Notes under the pieces: model-generated
Told to the model about the DNA's origin: nothing
What the model saw: the letters and a program-made list of their open reading frames with translations, nothing else
The model's database searches: none
NCBI RefSeq assembly: GCF_032191835.1
Contig: NC_083237.1
Location: 5,332,001 to 5,396,000 of the forward strand
Direction of reading: 5' to 3'
DNA: 64,000 nucleotides
Source: Heteronotia binoei
Taxonomy: Eukaryota
Made by a program: the position numbers and the translations under genes
Shown: positions 12,306-25,870 of the stretch, one piece after another
How the letters are laid out: each line of letters opens with the position of its first letter
How positions within the stretch are numbered: position 1 is the stretch's first letter

Positions 12306-12326
12306 TGTTCCCCCCCACCCTTGCAG

Positions 12327-12477
12327 AGACCTGGAGAAGGTGCTGCAGGAGGACCGGGAGAAGCTGAAGCAGATGCAGAAGCGGCAGCCCCGCTTCACGG
12401 AGGAGCAGAAGAAGGAGCTGTCCGAGGTGCACTCCTGGGTGCAGAAGGGTGCCCTGCCCAAAGCCATCAACATCACG
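12327..12477 (+). CDS. PER1: PER1 penultimate coding exon (CRY-binding region)
   Basis: TTGCAG acceptor, GTGAG donor. Encodes DLEKVLQEDREKLKQMQKRQPRFTEEQKKELSEVHSWVQKGALPKAINIT; 151 nt. Confidence 0.95.
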
Positions 12478-14304
12478 GTGAGGAAACGCGGTGCTTGGCA
12501 GGGAAGGGGTCGAGGGATCGGGACCATCCGCTGCTTGTGCTCGCTTTAGCCCGGTCCTCTGAGGCCGGGGGTCTCTGACCTTTCTGACCTTGCCTGCAGG
12601 GGATTCCTGGCACCGGGTGGCGGGCCACAAAATGGCTGCCCCGGGAGGTGGAGCCAGAGAGGAAACGATTGCTGCGGCTTCACTTCCGTTCCTCAGGGAG
12701 GATCCTCGGGCTGTGGTGGCAGCTGCTGCCCAAGCAGCATTTTTTTTTTAAATCTGCACAGCCAATCAGAAGCCTTGCTGTGCAGAAACCCCACTGGCCC
12801 CGCCTACTTTTCTGAAAACGCTTGAGGGCCTTCAGGGAAGGTGTTGGTGGGCGTCGTGGTGCCACGTTGGAGGGTTCTCTTGCCCATACCCGTAGAAGAG
12901 AGCACGGACCATGGAACTTCTCCGTAGACGTGAGGGCTGGCAGGGCGTTAGGGAAAAGGAGCTGTGTGTGCGTGTTACGATACATCGGTCTAAATCAGAG
13001 GCGTCGAACTCGTTTGTTACGAGGGCCGGATCTGAACTAAATGTAACCGTGTCGGGCCGGGTCACGTGTGCCGTAAAACGCAGTGCCGGGTACCGGAGGT
13101 ATAAACTTTATAAAGGAAACAGGCAAACCCAGATAAATGTCATTATTTGTTACTCAAAATGCAAACAAAAGCAATTGGTTCCAAGCAGTGAAAGCGTTTG
13201 ATTTACTGGGGAACCCAAAAGGCTCCCAGTAAATGTATTTAATAATATGCAAGATGGCTAGATTGTTTCCAAGGGAAACCATAAAAGGGCAGGGGGGGGG
13301 GGAGTGCCTTACTTTTCCATACATACCAGTTGCTTGCAGGCTGGGTAGGCTGGTTCCATTGCCCACTTCCCTGGATCCCCTAGGCAGGCCGGTTCCATTC
13401 CATGTTTGACACTATCCCCCCCCCCCCTTTTTAATTAACAGTTTTTAATTTTACAGATTCAAATACAAAGAAAAATATTCCTTGTCACCAAACTATGAAG
13501 TACAAAGCAGAATACCAGGACGTAGCTTGCCATACTTCAATTTTGATTGTTTTTACCTTTTAAAAAATACATTTTCAAGTAAAGAATCATTTGGTAAAAT
13601 TTCACGTTCTGTCAAATTGGTTTACCGCAGGATACGATACCACGGCGTATTTGACAACTCTGATCGGCGCTCCCTCGCTAGCTCACAGGTTTTGAGCCCG
13701 CACATTTTTTACTTCACTCAGGAAAAATGGCCCCAGAGCGAACCAATTTATTAAGCAGCTTTAATGTCAATAGCTCACGAAGTAGAATTTCTGCTCACGA
13801 GGCTCCGCAGCTTAGATCAGGGGTGTCAAACATGAAGCCTGGGGGCTGAATCAGGCCCCTGGAGGGCTCCTCTCAGGCCCCCGAGCAACTGGCTGTCATC
13901 TGCTTCCTTCTCCCTCTCTTGCTTCCTTCTGCATCTCAGCTTGCTTTGCGCAAGGCTTGCTCAATCGCACAGGAGCTACAGAGCAAAACCTCAGTTTTCT
14001 CCATTGGCTGAGGCTCCTTCGCCTCCTGTTCCTTTGGGGAGGGAGGGAGAGAGCCAGAGTTACGCCCTGCCCCCAGTCCCCTGGGGAAGGGAGGAAAGGG
14101 GAAGAGCTTCCTTTGCCCACTTCCCTGGATCCCATGGGAGAAATACAAAGGAAGCACCTTTAAGACCCAACAAGTACTGATGTTTAAAGCATGTTTTAGT
14201 TTAAGTTAAAAAGTTAAAGTTAAAAAAAGTTAAACGTTTACTTTAAGTTAAAAAAAACCCTTTAGTCATATTTGTCTGTGTCCTTTATAAAGTTTATATC
14301 TATG

Positions 14305-15030
14305 CTTTGTTGTTCAGTCGCACAATCGAGTCCGACTCTTTGCGACCCCATGGACAAAGTCACGCCAGGCCCTTCTGTCTTCCACCATCCTCCGAAGTCC
14401 GCTCAAATTCATGTTCGTTACATCAGTAACGCTGTCCAGCCATCTCCTCTTTTGCCGTCCCCTTCTTCTTTTGCCTTCTGTCTTTCCCAGCATCAGGGTC
14501 TTCTCCAGGGAGGGCTCCCTTCTCATTGGGTGGCCAAAGTATTTGAGCTCCAGCTTCAGCATCTGACCCTCCAGGGAACAGTCTGGGTTGATTTCTCTTA
14601 GGACTGACTGATTGGGTCTTCTTGCAGTCCAAGGGACTCTCAAGTCTTCTCCAGGGAGTGCTCCCTTCTCATTTGGTGGCCAAAGTATTTGCGCTTCAGC
14701 TTCAGCATCTGACCTTCCAAGGAACAGTCTGGGTTGATTTCCCTTAGGACTGACTGATTGGGTCTTCTTGCGGTCCAAGTGACTCTCAAGAGTCTTCTCC
14801 AGGGAGGGCTCCCTTCTCATTGGGTGGCCAAAGTATTGGAGCTTCAGCTTCAGCATCTGACCTTCCAGGGAACAGTCTGGGTTGATTTCCCTTAGGACTG
14901 ACTGATTTGATCTTCTTGCAGTCCAAGGGACTCTCAAGAGTCTTCTCCAGTGAGGGCTCCCTTCTCATTGGGTGGCCATAATATTGGAGCTTCAGCATCG
15001 GACCTTCCAGGGAACAGTCCGGGTTTATTT
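14305..15030 (-). mobile_element. Bov-B (RTE) LINE 3' fragment with internal tandem duplications, nested in a CAGGGGTGTCAAAC-type MITE (about 13818-15155)
   Basis: Minus-strand translation LKLKLQYFGHPMRREPSLEKTLMLGKTEGKRRRGRQKRRWLDSVTD...GVAKSRTRL; the segment recurs several times. Confidence 0.9.
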
Positions 15031-15333
15031 CCCTTAGCACTGGCTGATTTGACCTTCTGCTACCTAATCTTAAATAGGTACACGCATGGCCCGGCCCAAC
15101 AAGGTCTCATTGATGTCAGATCTGGCCCTCCTAACAAATGAGTTTGATGCCTCTGGCTTGGAGGCAGCATTGCCCCTGATCTAAATCCGTTACCCCGTGA
15201 GAAACCTGGCTCTCCCAGGCTTGTGCGAGAGATTGAAAGAGATCCCGAATCCTGACGCCAAAGTTCTGGCACTCAACCCCAAGGCAGTCACCCAGATGCT
15301 CAACACGTCTCCCCTTCTTTCTCCCTCCCCCAG

Positions 15334-15576
15334 GCCTGCGTGGAATGTGGCAGCCACCCCACCGCCAAAGTCGCTCCGCCGTACGACGTCGAAATCCACG
15401 ACATGGAGCTGAACGGCCTGCTGGAGCCGGTGCCGATGGACGAGGGCAACGGCGGGCAGAGCTGCCTGCCAGCTTTGTCCCAGGAGACGGCCATGGAGGA
15501 AGAGGAGGCCGGGCTGGAAGCAGCAACGCAACAGCAGCCGTCTCAGCTAGAGGTGCCAGCAGAGGACTCAGGCTAA
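15334..15576 (+). CDS. PER1: PER1 last coding exon to stop
   Basis: CCCCAG acceptor at 15331-15333. Encodes ACVECGS...DMELNGLLEP...SSQ-like/AMEEEE, resembling the PER1 C-terminus (ACVDCG...LEPMEE...AMEEEE); TAA at 15574-15576. Confidence 0.88.
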   Translation, partial: ACVECGSHPTAKVAPPYDVEIHDMELNGLLEPVPMDEGNGGQSCLPALSQETAMEEEEAGLEAATQQQPSQLEVPAEDSG

Positions 15577-16134
15577 GCGCTGGAGGTGCCAAACCACAAA
15601 CTGCACCTCCCCAACCCGAGATTCCGGGGTGGGGGGGAGGCGTCGCATCTGCTTGCCCAGGACTGGGGAAAGCGTGGCCACGTGGCAGGCAGCGCCTAGA
15701 GGGGGGGCACTTGCCGCAGCTCTGCCTCCCGCGGCCGTCACCTGGCCGGAAAGAGAGGCGGCTGGCAGGCCCCTGTCCCCGGCCCCGCCTCAGCCAGCCG
15801 CGTGATCTGCAGGAGAGATTGCGGACGGCCAGTCGGAACGATGCGCTCAGGCCCGGCCTGGGGCGGCTCCCGGGCTGCAGACGGGCTCTTCGCCGCTGGG
15901 CCCAGCCGCCCCTACCTACCCTTGCTGCCTTACGGAAGAAAATGCTCCCAGACTGCCCGCAAACGCTGGGGTGGGGGGGGACCAGGGGCGAGGGGGGGAG
16001 GGAACCGATGGTAATTTATTTTTGCAGAACTGTCTGTCCATCGATGTTTTTTTTTTTCCTGTTGTTGTTAAAAGACTTTCTTTTTTTACTGATCCGCGAG
16101 CGAGCTCTTGATGGGCTTGTTTGTGGCACTTGAC

Positions 16135-16140
16135 AATAAA
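16135..16140 (+). terminator. Candidate PER1 polyadenylation signal
   Basis: First AATAAA after the PER1 stop, following an AT-rich 3' UTR-like segment; a second AATAAA lies about 14 nt downstream. Confidence 0.5.
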
Positions 16141-16763
16141 AAAACCAAAATAAAATTTGGAGAAATGGAACTGGCGCGCCGCGGGTGGCAGAGGCTTTGT
16201 GTGCTTGTTTCTCGGGGCAACAGAGAACCTGGGGGGAGGAAGTTGGGGCTTTGCAAAGGGAAACACCCCCCCACACACACACACACACACATGCAGCAAT
16301 CCGTACTTTCATTTTCTGCCTTCGCACTGGCGGAGTCTCTGGTTTCCTACCTTCTTTTGTCCTGAAAAGTCCCCAGATATTTCTTGATATTTTCTCTAAT
16401 GGCTTGCAGCTTTGCAAAGGGAAACACCCCCCCACACATACACATGCACCAATCCGTTCTTTCATTTTCTGCCTTCGCACCGGCGGAGTCTCTGGTTTTC
16501 CCACCTTCTTTTGTCCTGAAAAGTTCCCAGATATTTCTTGAACTGGACTTGGCAACCCAAATCCTTCCTGAGCTAAGACAAAAACAAGTGAGCCGGAGGC
16601 TAATAAAAAATCTGTGAGCTAGCTCACACTAACTCAGCTTAGAGGGCCCACTGGTTGAGGTTCTCTTGGTTTTCGCCACCCTGTTTTCCCTCTTCCCAGA
16701 AATCATTCTTCCAGTTTTCTGCATAGCACTTGAGAAGATTTTATAATGGCCTTTTTAGACGGC

Positions 16764-17361
16764 AAGAGCCCCATAGAGCAGAGTGGTAAAGCTGCAGTAC
16801 TGGAGTCGGAGCCCTCTGCTCACAACCTGAGCTTGATCCCAGCGGAAGCTGGTTCAGGTAGCCAGCTCCAGGTTGACTCAGCCTTCCATCCTTCCGAGGT
16901 CGGTCAAAGGAGTCCCCAGCTTGCTGGGGGGAAAGCGTAGATGACTGGGGGAGGCAATGGCAAACCACCCCGTAAAAAGTCTGCCGTGAAAACGTTGTGA
17001 AAGCAACGTTACCCCAGAGTCGGAAACGACTGGTGCTTGAACAGGGGACTACCTTTACCTTTAGAGCTCCATGGCACAGAGTGTTAAAGCTGTATTACTG
17101 CACTCCTAAGCTCTGCTCACAACCTGAGTTGGATCCCCGGTGGAAGCTGGGTTTTCAGGTAGCCGGCTCAAGGTTGACTCAGCCTTCAATCCTTCCAAGG
17201 TCGGTAAAATGAGTGCCCAGCTTGCTGGGGGGAAAGTGTAGATGACTGGGGAAGGCAATGGCAAACCACCCCGTGAAAAGTCTGCCATGAAAACGTTGTG
17301 AAAGCAACGTCACCCCAGAGGCGGAAACGACTGGTGCTTGCACAGGGGACTACCTGCCTTT
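16764..17361 (+). mobile_element. Two head-to-tail Sauria-type SINEs
   Basis: tRNA-like head and Bov-B-related tail CCCCAGAGTCGGAAACGACTGG...GGGGACTACCTTTACCTTT. Other copies at about 17672-17970 (+), 33718-33992 (-), 41908-42187 (-), 49073-49365 (+). Confidence 0.85.
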
Positions 17362-20300
17362 TAGACAGCACTTTTATAGACCAATGGAAAGAATTCAGTG
17401 AGTTTTAATTAATTTAAAAAAAAAAATAAGTTGCTGTCCTTGATGGGAACCCCTTCCCTTTGCGGAGTCCCAAAGGAGGCCTTTCATAAAAGGAAGAAGC
17501 TGCTAAGGATTGACTGTTAACCCGGCCTCTTTGGACAGCGGGGCTGTCCTTGCTTCCTTGTGGATCACATTGGGGAAAAGTGATGGCCTTTGTGGGTCAG
17601 CCTCTGTAGCCGCAGGATCCACAAGATGCTGCCGCCCTGGCATTTGAGGGCTAGGCTTCAAGTAGGAAGACAGACCCCCGTGGCACAGAGTGTTAAAGCT
17701 GCAATACTGCAGTCCTAAGCTCTGCTCACGACCTGAGTTTGATCCCTGGTGGAAGTTGGGTTTTCAGGTAGCTGGCTAGAGGTTGACTCAGCCTTCCATC
17801 CTGCTGAGGTCAGTCAAATGAGTCCCCAGCTTGCTAGGGGGAAAGTGTAGAGAACTGGGGAAGGCAATGGCAAACCACCCCGTCAAAAGTCTGCCGTGAA
17901 AACGTGAAAGCGACGTCACCCCAGAGTCAGAAACGACTGGTGCTCGCACAGGGGACCTGACCTTTCTTTTCTTTCAAGTAGGAAAGGATAAACCACAAGG
18001 ACTTGACGCCCCAAGTGCAGTGAGGTGACAAAAGCATGTCCAGCCCAAGGGAGGGACGGTGGCTCATTGATAGAGCATCTGCTTGGTAAGCAGAAGGTCC
18101 CAGGTTCAATCCCCGGCATCTCCAAAAAAGGGTTCAGGCAAAAAGGTGAAAAACCTCAGCTTGAGACCCTGGAGAGCCGCTGCCAGTCTGAGTGGACAAT
18201 ACTGACTTTGATGGACCGAGGGTCTGATTCAGTATAAGGCAGCTTCATATGTTCTCCACTGGCTCTTCTTTCAAAAGTGCTCTTCCAAAGATAAGAGAAG
18301 CCATGTTGGATGAGGCCAGTGGCCCATCCAGTCCAACACTTCGTGTCACACAGTGGCAAAAAAAACCAGGTGCCATCAAGAGGTCCATCAATGGGGCCAG
18401 GGCACTAGAAGTCTTCACACTGTTGCCCCCTCAAGCACCAAGTGTCATGAGCCCTGACACCAAGAACCTAAGAGAAGCCATGTTGGATGAGGCCAGTGGC
18501 CCATCCAGTCCAACACACTGTGTCACATAAGGACATAAGAGAAGCCATGTTGGATGAGGCCAGTGGCCCATCCAGTCCAACACTCTGTGTCACACAGTGG
18601 CAAAAAACTCCAGGTGCCATCAAGAGGTCCATCAATGGGGCCAGGACACTGCAAGCCCTCCCACTGTTGCCCCCCAAGCACCAAGTGTCATGAGCCCTGA
18701 CACCAAGAACATAAGAGAAGTCATGTTGGATCAGGCTACTGGCCCATCCAGTCCAACACTGTGTCACACAGTGGCCAAAAAAACCCAGGTGCCACCAGGA
18801 GGTCCATCAGTGGGGCCAGGACACTACAAGCCCTCCCGCTGTTGCCCCACAAGCACCAAGAATACAGAGCATCCCTGCCCCAGACAGAGAGTTCCAACAA
18901 CACCCTGTAGCTAATAGCCACTGATGGACCTCTGCTTCAGATGCTGATCCAATCCCCTCTTGAAGCTGGCTATAATTGTAGCTGCCACCATCTCCTGTGG
19001 CAGTGAATTCCATGTGTTAATCGCCCTTTGGGTGAAGATGTCTCCAGGGCTGCTGGAGGTGGGTAGGTTTAGATCATTTGCACTCGATTTGGGACCGGCT
19101 AATGCCGCCTCTCCCAATCCCGCCCAAATAGCCTAGTAGCGGTCCATCTGAATAAAATGCACTGTGGTCGTGGACAGCCAGTGTTCCATCTAAGCTGAGT
19201 TAGCGTGAGCTAGCTCACAGATTTTTAGCCTCCAGCTCACACATTTTTGTCTCAACCCAGAGCGCATTTCATTTCTTCAGTAGCGCATGACTTTAATACC
19301 AGGAGCTCACAAAGTAGACTTTTTGCCCACAAGACTGCAGCTTAGAAGGCACTTTGATTGTGGCATCCGGCCTTTCGCTTTTCCTCCGTTCTCAGGGGCA
19401 CGGCTTATGGGCAGACATGCCTTGGAACACATTAATCAAAGGGCTCGGAAGGCATTTTCTCTTTTTAAAAATCTCCTTTGGGTTTCGTATCTCAGCCTTT
19501 CCCCTTTCTGCTACTTTCCCCCCGTTTCTGGGCTCAGGAGACAATTCTTGGTGCTCTTAGTGGGCTTGGGTCTGGTCCTTCAACACCGCAAGCGAGTATA
19601 GAGTGACTCCAGCCTCCTTTGCCAACAGCTGCATCTTTCGCTTCTCTGAAGAAAGATCCCAGGTTTTCTGGCAAAAATAGCAGGCATCTTGCACAGAACT
19701 GAGAACTTGCCAAAGAAGAACCGAGAACTTGCCATTCTTCTCTCAAAGAATGCTATTTTTTTTTTTTGCCAGCGAATTCAGCTCCTGCGATGGAAGGCCG
19801 GGGATGTCACAGATCATGGGGTTAGTTAACATTTCTCCCTCTTCCCCCCTCACTCGTTGATAGAGATTTCATTATTGGACAAGCCCAGAGGGGCAGCCCT
19901 TCCGCTTTTCTTGCAGATTGTCTGTCCATGGGAGGAGGTCTCTTGGGCATCCACGTTTGTTCCACAGTTTCTGTGACTGAGTCTTTAGCTGAATAAAGGC
20001 ACTTGCTGTCTTTTCGCCGGCTGTGTTTTCAGGTGTTTTGAAGATGATGATATTGGATTTATATCCCCCCCTCCACTCCGGAGAGTCTCAGAGTGGCTCA
20101 CAATCTCCTTTCCCTCCCCCCCCCCCAACAGACACCCCTGTGAGGTAGATGAAGATATTGGATTTATATCCCGCCCTCCACTCCAAAGAGTCTCAGAGCG
20201 GCTCACAATCTCCTTTCCCTTCCTCCCCCACAACAGACACCCTGTGAGGTAGATGAAGATATTGGATTTATATCCCGCCCTCCACTCCGAAGAGTCTCAG

Positions 20301-20899
20301 AGCGGCTCACAATCTCCTTTCCCTTCCCCCCCCCCACAACAGACACCCTGTGAAGTAGATGAAGATATTGGATTTATATCCCGCCCTCCACTCCGGAGAG
20401 TCTCAGAGCGGCTCACAATCTCCTTTACCTTCCTCCCCCCCAACAGACACCCTGTGAGGTAGATGAAGATATTGGATTTATATCCCGCCCTCCACTCTGA
20501 AGAGTCTCAGAGCAGCTCACAATCTCCTTTCCCTTCCTCCCCCACAACAGACACCCTGTGAGGTAGATGAAGATACTGGATTTATATCCCACCCTCCACT
20601 CCGAAGAGTCTCAGAGCGGCTCACAATCTCCTTTCCCTTCCTACCCCACAACAGACACCCTGTGAGGTAGGTGGGGCTGAGAGGGCTCTCACAGCAGCTG
20701 CCCTTTCAAGGACAACCTCTGCCAGAGCTATGGCTGACCCAAGGCCATTCCAGCAGCTGCAAGTGGAGGAGTGGGGAATCAAACCCCGTTCTCCCAGAAA
20801 AGAGTCCGCACACTTAACCACTACACCAAACTGGCACTCAGATGTTGGTCTGTCTGTGGCAGTAGAAAAGAGCAAGAGTCCAGGAGCACCAAAGTCTTA

Positions 20900-21870
20900 C
20901 TAATGCATGGCTATAGGATGAGGGAGACTTGTCTTAGCAGTAGTCTGTGCGAAAAGGATCTGGGGGTCTTAGTGGACCATACGGTGAACATGAGTCAACA
21001 GTGTGATGCGGTGGCTAAAAAGGCAAATGCAAATTTGGGCTGTATCAACAGACATATAGTGTCCAGGTCACGTGATGTGATGGTATCGCTTTGCTCTGCT
21101 CTGGTAAGACCTCACCTGGAGTATTGTGTTCAGTTTTGGGCACCACATTTTAAGAAAGATATAGACAAGCTGGAACGGGTCCAGAGGAGGGCGACGAAGA
21201 TGGTGAGGGGTATGGAGACAAAGTCCTATGAGGAAAGGTTGAAGGAACTGGGGTGTTTAGCCTGGAAAGGAGGCGGCTGAGAGGTGATAGTATCACCATC
21301 TTCAAGGACTTGAAGGGCTGTCCTATAGAGAGGATGGTGTGGAATTGTTTTCTGTGGCCCAGGAAGGCAGGACCAGAACCAAGGGGTTGAAATTAAATCA
21401 AAAGAGTTTCCGGCTCAACATTAGGAAGAACTTCCTGACCGTTAGAGTGATTCCTCAAGTGGAACAGGCTTCCTCGGGAGGTGGTGGGCTCTCCTTCCTT
21501 GGAGGTTTTTAAACAGAGGCTAGATGGTGATCTGACAGCAACAAAGCTCCTGTGAATTTAGGGGGAGGTGTCTGTGAGTTTCCTGCGTTGTGCAGGGGTT
21601 GGACTAGATGACCCTGGAGGTCCCTTCCAACTCTATGATTCTATGATTAACTTCCTAACCGTTAGATTGGTTCCTCAGTGGAACAGGCTTCCTCCTTGGG
21701 AGGTGGTGGGCTCTCCTTCCTTGGAGATTTTGAAACAGAGGCTAGAGGGCCATCTGACAGCGATGTGGAGCCTATGAATTTAGGGGGAGGTGTTTGTGAG
21801 TTTCCTGCGTTGTGCAGGGCGTTGGACTAGATGACCCTGGAGATACTTTCCAAAACTCTAGGTTTCTATG
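20900..21870 (+). mobile_element. CR1 LINE (second subfamily) ORF2 fragment with repeated 3' ends
   Basis: EKDLGVLVD...LVRPHLEYCVQFWAPHFKKDIDKLERVQRRATKM..LKELG; tail GGTCCCTTCCAACTCTATGATTCTATG; inverted 3'-end copies at about 22245-23330. Confidence 0.92.
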
Positions 21871-24800
21871 ATTTTATGAACATTTGTAGCAAGGGAGAAA
21901 CTTGTGAATCACTGCTCGCTTCTTCAGATAGATACAGCTAGAATGTGATATATAAGGACAGATGAACTCATCCTAGCCATATCTGAGGAAGTGAGCAGTA
22001 ACTCCCAAAAGCTTCTCCCCCACCACAAACTTCATTAGTCCTTTAAAGTGCTGCTGGTCTCTCGTTCTTTTCTACTGCTGCTGCTGCTCGCCTTAATGCA
22101 GTATGACCTAAGGAAAGTTCCTCTCTTGACAATTGCCACTCATTTGCTTGACATATAAAACGAAAGAGGTACCACATCAAGAAAGGGCACATGAGAGGAC
22201 CCTTGGGCTCTATTTCCTCTTTTGTGTTCCAGGATCTTGGCCATAGAACACAACCAGAGAATCCGAGAGTTGGAAGGGACCTCCAGTCATCTAGTCCAAC
22301 CTCCTGCGCAATGCAGGAAACTTACAAACACCTCCCTCTAAATTCGCAGGATCTCCATTGCTGTCAGATGGCCATCTAGCCTCTGTTGAAAACCTCCAAG
22401 GAAGGAGAGCCCAGGAGAGCCAGTTTTGGTGTAGTGGTTAAGTTATCTGGGAGAACCGCGTTTGATTCCCCAATCCTCCACTTGCACCTGTTGGAATGGC
22501 CTTGGGTCAGCCATAGCTCTGGCAGAGGTTGTCCTTGAAAGGGCAGCAGCTGTGAGAGCCCTCTCTAGCCCCACCCACTCACAGGGTGTCTGTTGTGGGG
22601 GAGGAAGGTAAAGGAGATTGTAAGCCGCTCTGAGACTCTTCGGAGTGGAGTGGCGGGATATAAATCCAATATCTTCTTCTTCTTCTTCTTAAAAACATAG
22701 AATCCGAGAGTTGGAAGGGGCCTCCAGGGTCATCTAGTCCAGCCCCCTGCACAATGCAGGAAACTCACAAACACCTCCCCCTAAATTCACAGGAGCTTCA
22801 TTGCAGTCAGATGGCCATCTAGCCTCTGTTTGAAAACCTCCAAGGAAGGAGAGCCCAGTTAAAACATAGAATCCTAGAGTTGGAAGGCACCTCCAGGGTC
22901 CTCTAGTCCAACCGCAATGCAGGGAACTCACAAACACCTCCCCCTAAATTCACAGGATCTTCATCGCCTAACCTCTGTTGAAAAACCTCCAAGGAAGGAG
23001 AGCCCACAACCTCCCGAGGAAGCCTGTTCCACTGAGGAACGGCTCTAACGTCAGGAAGTTCATAGAATCATAGAGCTGGAAGGGGCCTCCAAGGTCATCT
23101 AGTCCATCCCCCTGTACAATGCAGGAAACTCACAAACACCTCCCCCTAAATTCACAGGATCTCCATTGCTGTCAGGTGGCCATCTAGCCTCTGTTGAAAA
23201 ACCACCAAGGAAGGAGAGCCCAGTTAAAACATAGAATCCTAGAGTTGGAAGGGACCTCCAGGGTCATCTAGTCCAACCCCCTGCACAATGCAAGAACTTC
23301 ACAAACACCTCCCCCTACACAAACTCCCAGTGACCCCTGCTCTGTGCCCAGAAGATAAGAACAAACAAAACAACTGTGTTATACAACTACTACGTAAATT
23401 TGTCTTTTTATAAATAAACTTTTATCACTAAATTTGTGTTGCTGAAGAACTACAGAAGACACCAGGATATCTTTATTTCTTCTTGATGGTCAATATACTG
23501 AGTTAATATCCCAGGTAAGTATCTTGTAGCAGTATTCGCCTCCCAGAGTCCGTGTGTGGAGTGGGCGGCATACAAATTTAAGGTAAAATAAAATAAATAT
23601 TCAATGAGTTCACCGTTCAAATTATGTTCTATTTTCTCTCTCCTTAGGGATAGAATCCCACATAGGCTGTGAAGGACGATGGAACGTTGAAATGCTTAGA
23701 TGTTTCCCCAAGGGGAGGTTGAAATACTTTTGTGTTTCCTGACATGTCACAGTCACAGTCTCTGAATTGCACTCCCACACTTCCTCTCAGTTTCAAAAGC
23801 TGATAAAGTAGAATATTTATAAAAATTACAAAGTTACTGTTCTATAATACAGTTGCTTTGTTTGCTGTTAGTTTCTGCACCGTGTTCTGCCTGTATAACT
23901 TCCATGCCCAGAAGATTGCTAAAAACCTCCAGGATTCCTGGCCAATCTGACCCAGAGAAAATTGCTGCCCGACCCCAAAGTGGCCATCAGCATTTCCCTG
24001 GGCGTGGAAGAAAGAGTCACTAGAACTGAGCCCTTCCTGCCCTCCTTCTCATGAGCTAATTCACAGAATTGACTTCTTCAGAGGATGGGGCACGTCTCCT
24101 CCACTGACCAGGGACTCACTATTCTTTTTGCTTTATGTATTTATTTGCTTCATTTAAATCTCACCTTTCTCCCTCACGGGGATCTGAAGCAACTTCCATC
24201 CTTCCCCTCTCCGTTTTATCCACACAACAACCCTGCGAGGGAGGTGAGGCTGAGAGTATGTGACCAGCCCAGGGTCACCCAGCAAGCTTTCATAGTGTCT
24301 GTGCCAGGCAGACCCTAGTCAGACACTCTGAAGTGCTCCGTCACACTGGCCAGAGCACCACGACAGATACCCCCCCTTCCTTCCCTAAACTAAGTCTTGT
24401 TCTTCACAACTCTGTGAACATATGAAGCTGCCTTATACTGAATCAGACCCTGGGTCCATCAAGTCAGTCTTGTCTACTCAGACTGGCAGCAGCTCTCCAG
24501 GGTCTCAAGCTGAGGTTTTTCACACCTCCTTGCCTGGACCCTTTTTTGTTGGAGATGCCAGGGATTGAACCTGGAACCTTCTGCTTACCAAGCAGATGCT
24601 CTGCCACTCAGCCACCATCCCTCCCTTAAAGCCAGGTTCATATGAACATATATGAACCTGCCTTCTACTGAATCAGACCCCCTGCATCCATCAAAGTCAG
24701 TATTGTCTACTCAGACTCTACTCAGTCTAATCGGCTCTCCAGGATCTCCAGCTGAGGTTTTTCATGCCTCGTTGCCTGGACCCTTTTAGTTGGAGATGCC

Positions 24801-25344
24801 GGGGATTGAACCTGGGACCTCCTGCTTCCCAAGCAGATGCTCTGCCACTGAGCCACCGTCCCTCCCCAGACCAGCAGTGGCTCTCCAGGGTCTCAAGCTG
24901 AGATTTTTCACACCTGCTTGCCTGGACCTTTTTGAGTTGGAGATGCCGGGGATTGAACCTGGTACCTTCTGCTCACCAAGCAGATGCTCTAGCACTGAGC
25001 CACTGTCCCTCCCCAAACAGACAGTATGCCACAGGCTGGGACCCAAGGCCTGCGTTTCCTCTAAGCTACGTGCCTGAGCAGCTGCTTGGTAACACCAGCA
25101 GCCACTAGCGGGCTGGGTCTAAACATATTGGTTGCCAGGAGACACAGGGGGCCCACCCACAACTATAAGGCTGCCATTTAATTTCTATCGAAAATAACTA
25201 AGATTTTCAAAAAATATATAAAAGTGGAAAAAAGGTACAATTAAAACTTCTGCAAAATGTACTGTATATATTTTTAGTAATTACAGTGTTACCTATATTG
25301 TACATTTTACTGGCAGTCTGCAGTAGATATTAAATGTCAATACA

Positions 25345-25870
25345 GGTTGCATTTCCTCCAGGGGGAGCTGTTCTCTGCCAGCTGGAGATCGGTTGCAAAA
25401 GCGGGAGATCTCCAGGCCCCACCTGGAGGCTGGCAACCCCACCTCCTGCAAAGCACCCATTTCCTCCAGGGGAGCTGATCTCTGCCAGCTGGAGATCAGT
25501 TGCAAAAGCGGGAGATCTCCAGGCCCCGCCTGGAGGCTGGCACCCCCACCTCCTGCAAAGCACCCATTTCCTCCAGGGAAGCTGATCTCTGCCAGCTGGA
25601 GGTCGGTTGCAAAAGCGGGAGATCCCCAGGCCCCACCTGGAGGCTAGCACCCCCACCTCCTGCAAAGCACCCATTTCCTCCAGGGGAGCTGATCTCTGCC
25701 AGCTGGAGGTCGGTTGCAAAAGCGGGAGATCCCCAGGCCCCACCTGGAGGCTGGCACCCCCACCTCCTGCAAAGCACCCATTTCCTCCAGGGGAGCTGAT
25801 CTCTGCCAGCTGGAGGTCGGTTGCAAAAGCGGGAGATCCCCAGGCCCCACCTGGAGGTTGGCAACCCTAC
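25345..25870. repeat. About 107-bp tandem array (5 units), from an AGGGTTGCCA-type MITE
   Basis: Repeated CATTTCCTCCAGGGGAGCTGATCTCTGCCAGCTGGAG...GGCCCCACCTGGAGGCTGGCA, ending in TGGCAACCCTA. Confidence 0.85.

Noticed and set aside
13062-13068. CACGTG E-box in a PER1 intron
   Set aside because: Single hexamer within repeat-like sequence; the known PER1 E-boxes are upstream of the gene, outside this window.
19917-20000. Acceptor-like TTTTCTTGCAG followed by AATAAA, a possible alternative terminal exon
   Set aside because: Motifs alone are common, there is no supporting donor or frame, and PER1 already has a stop and a nearer AATAAA.
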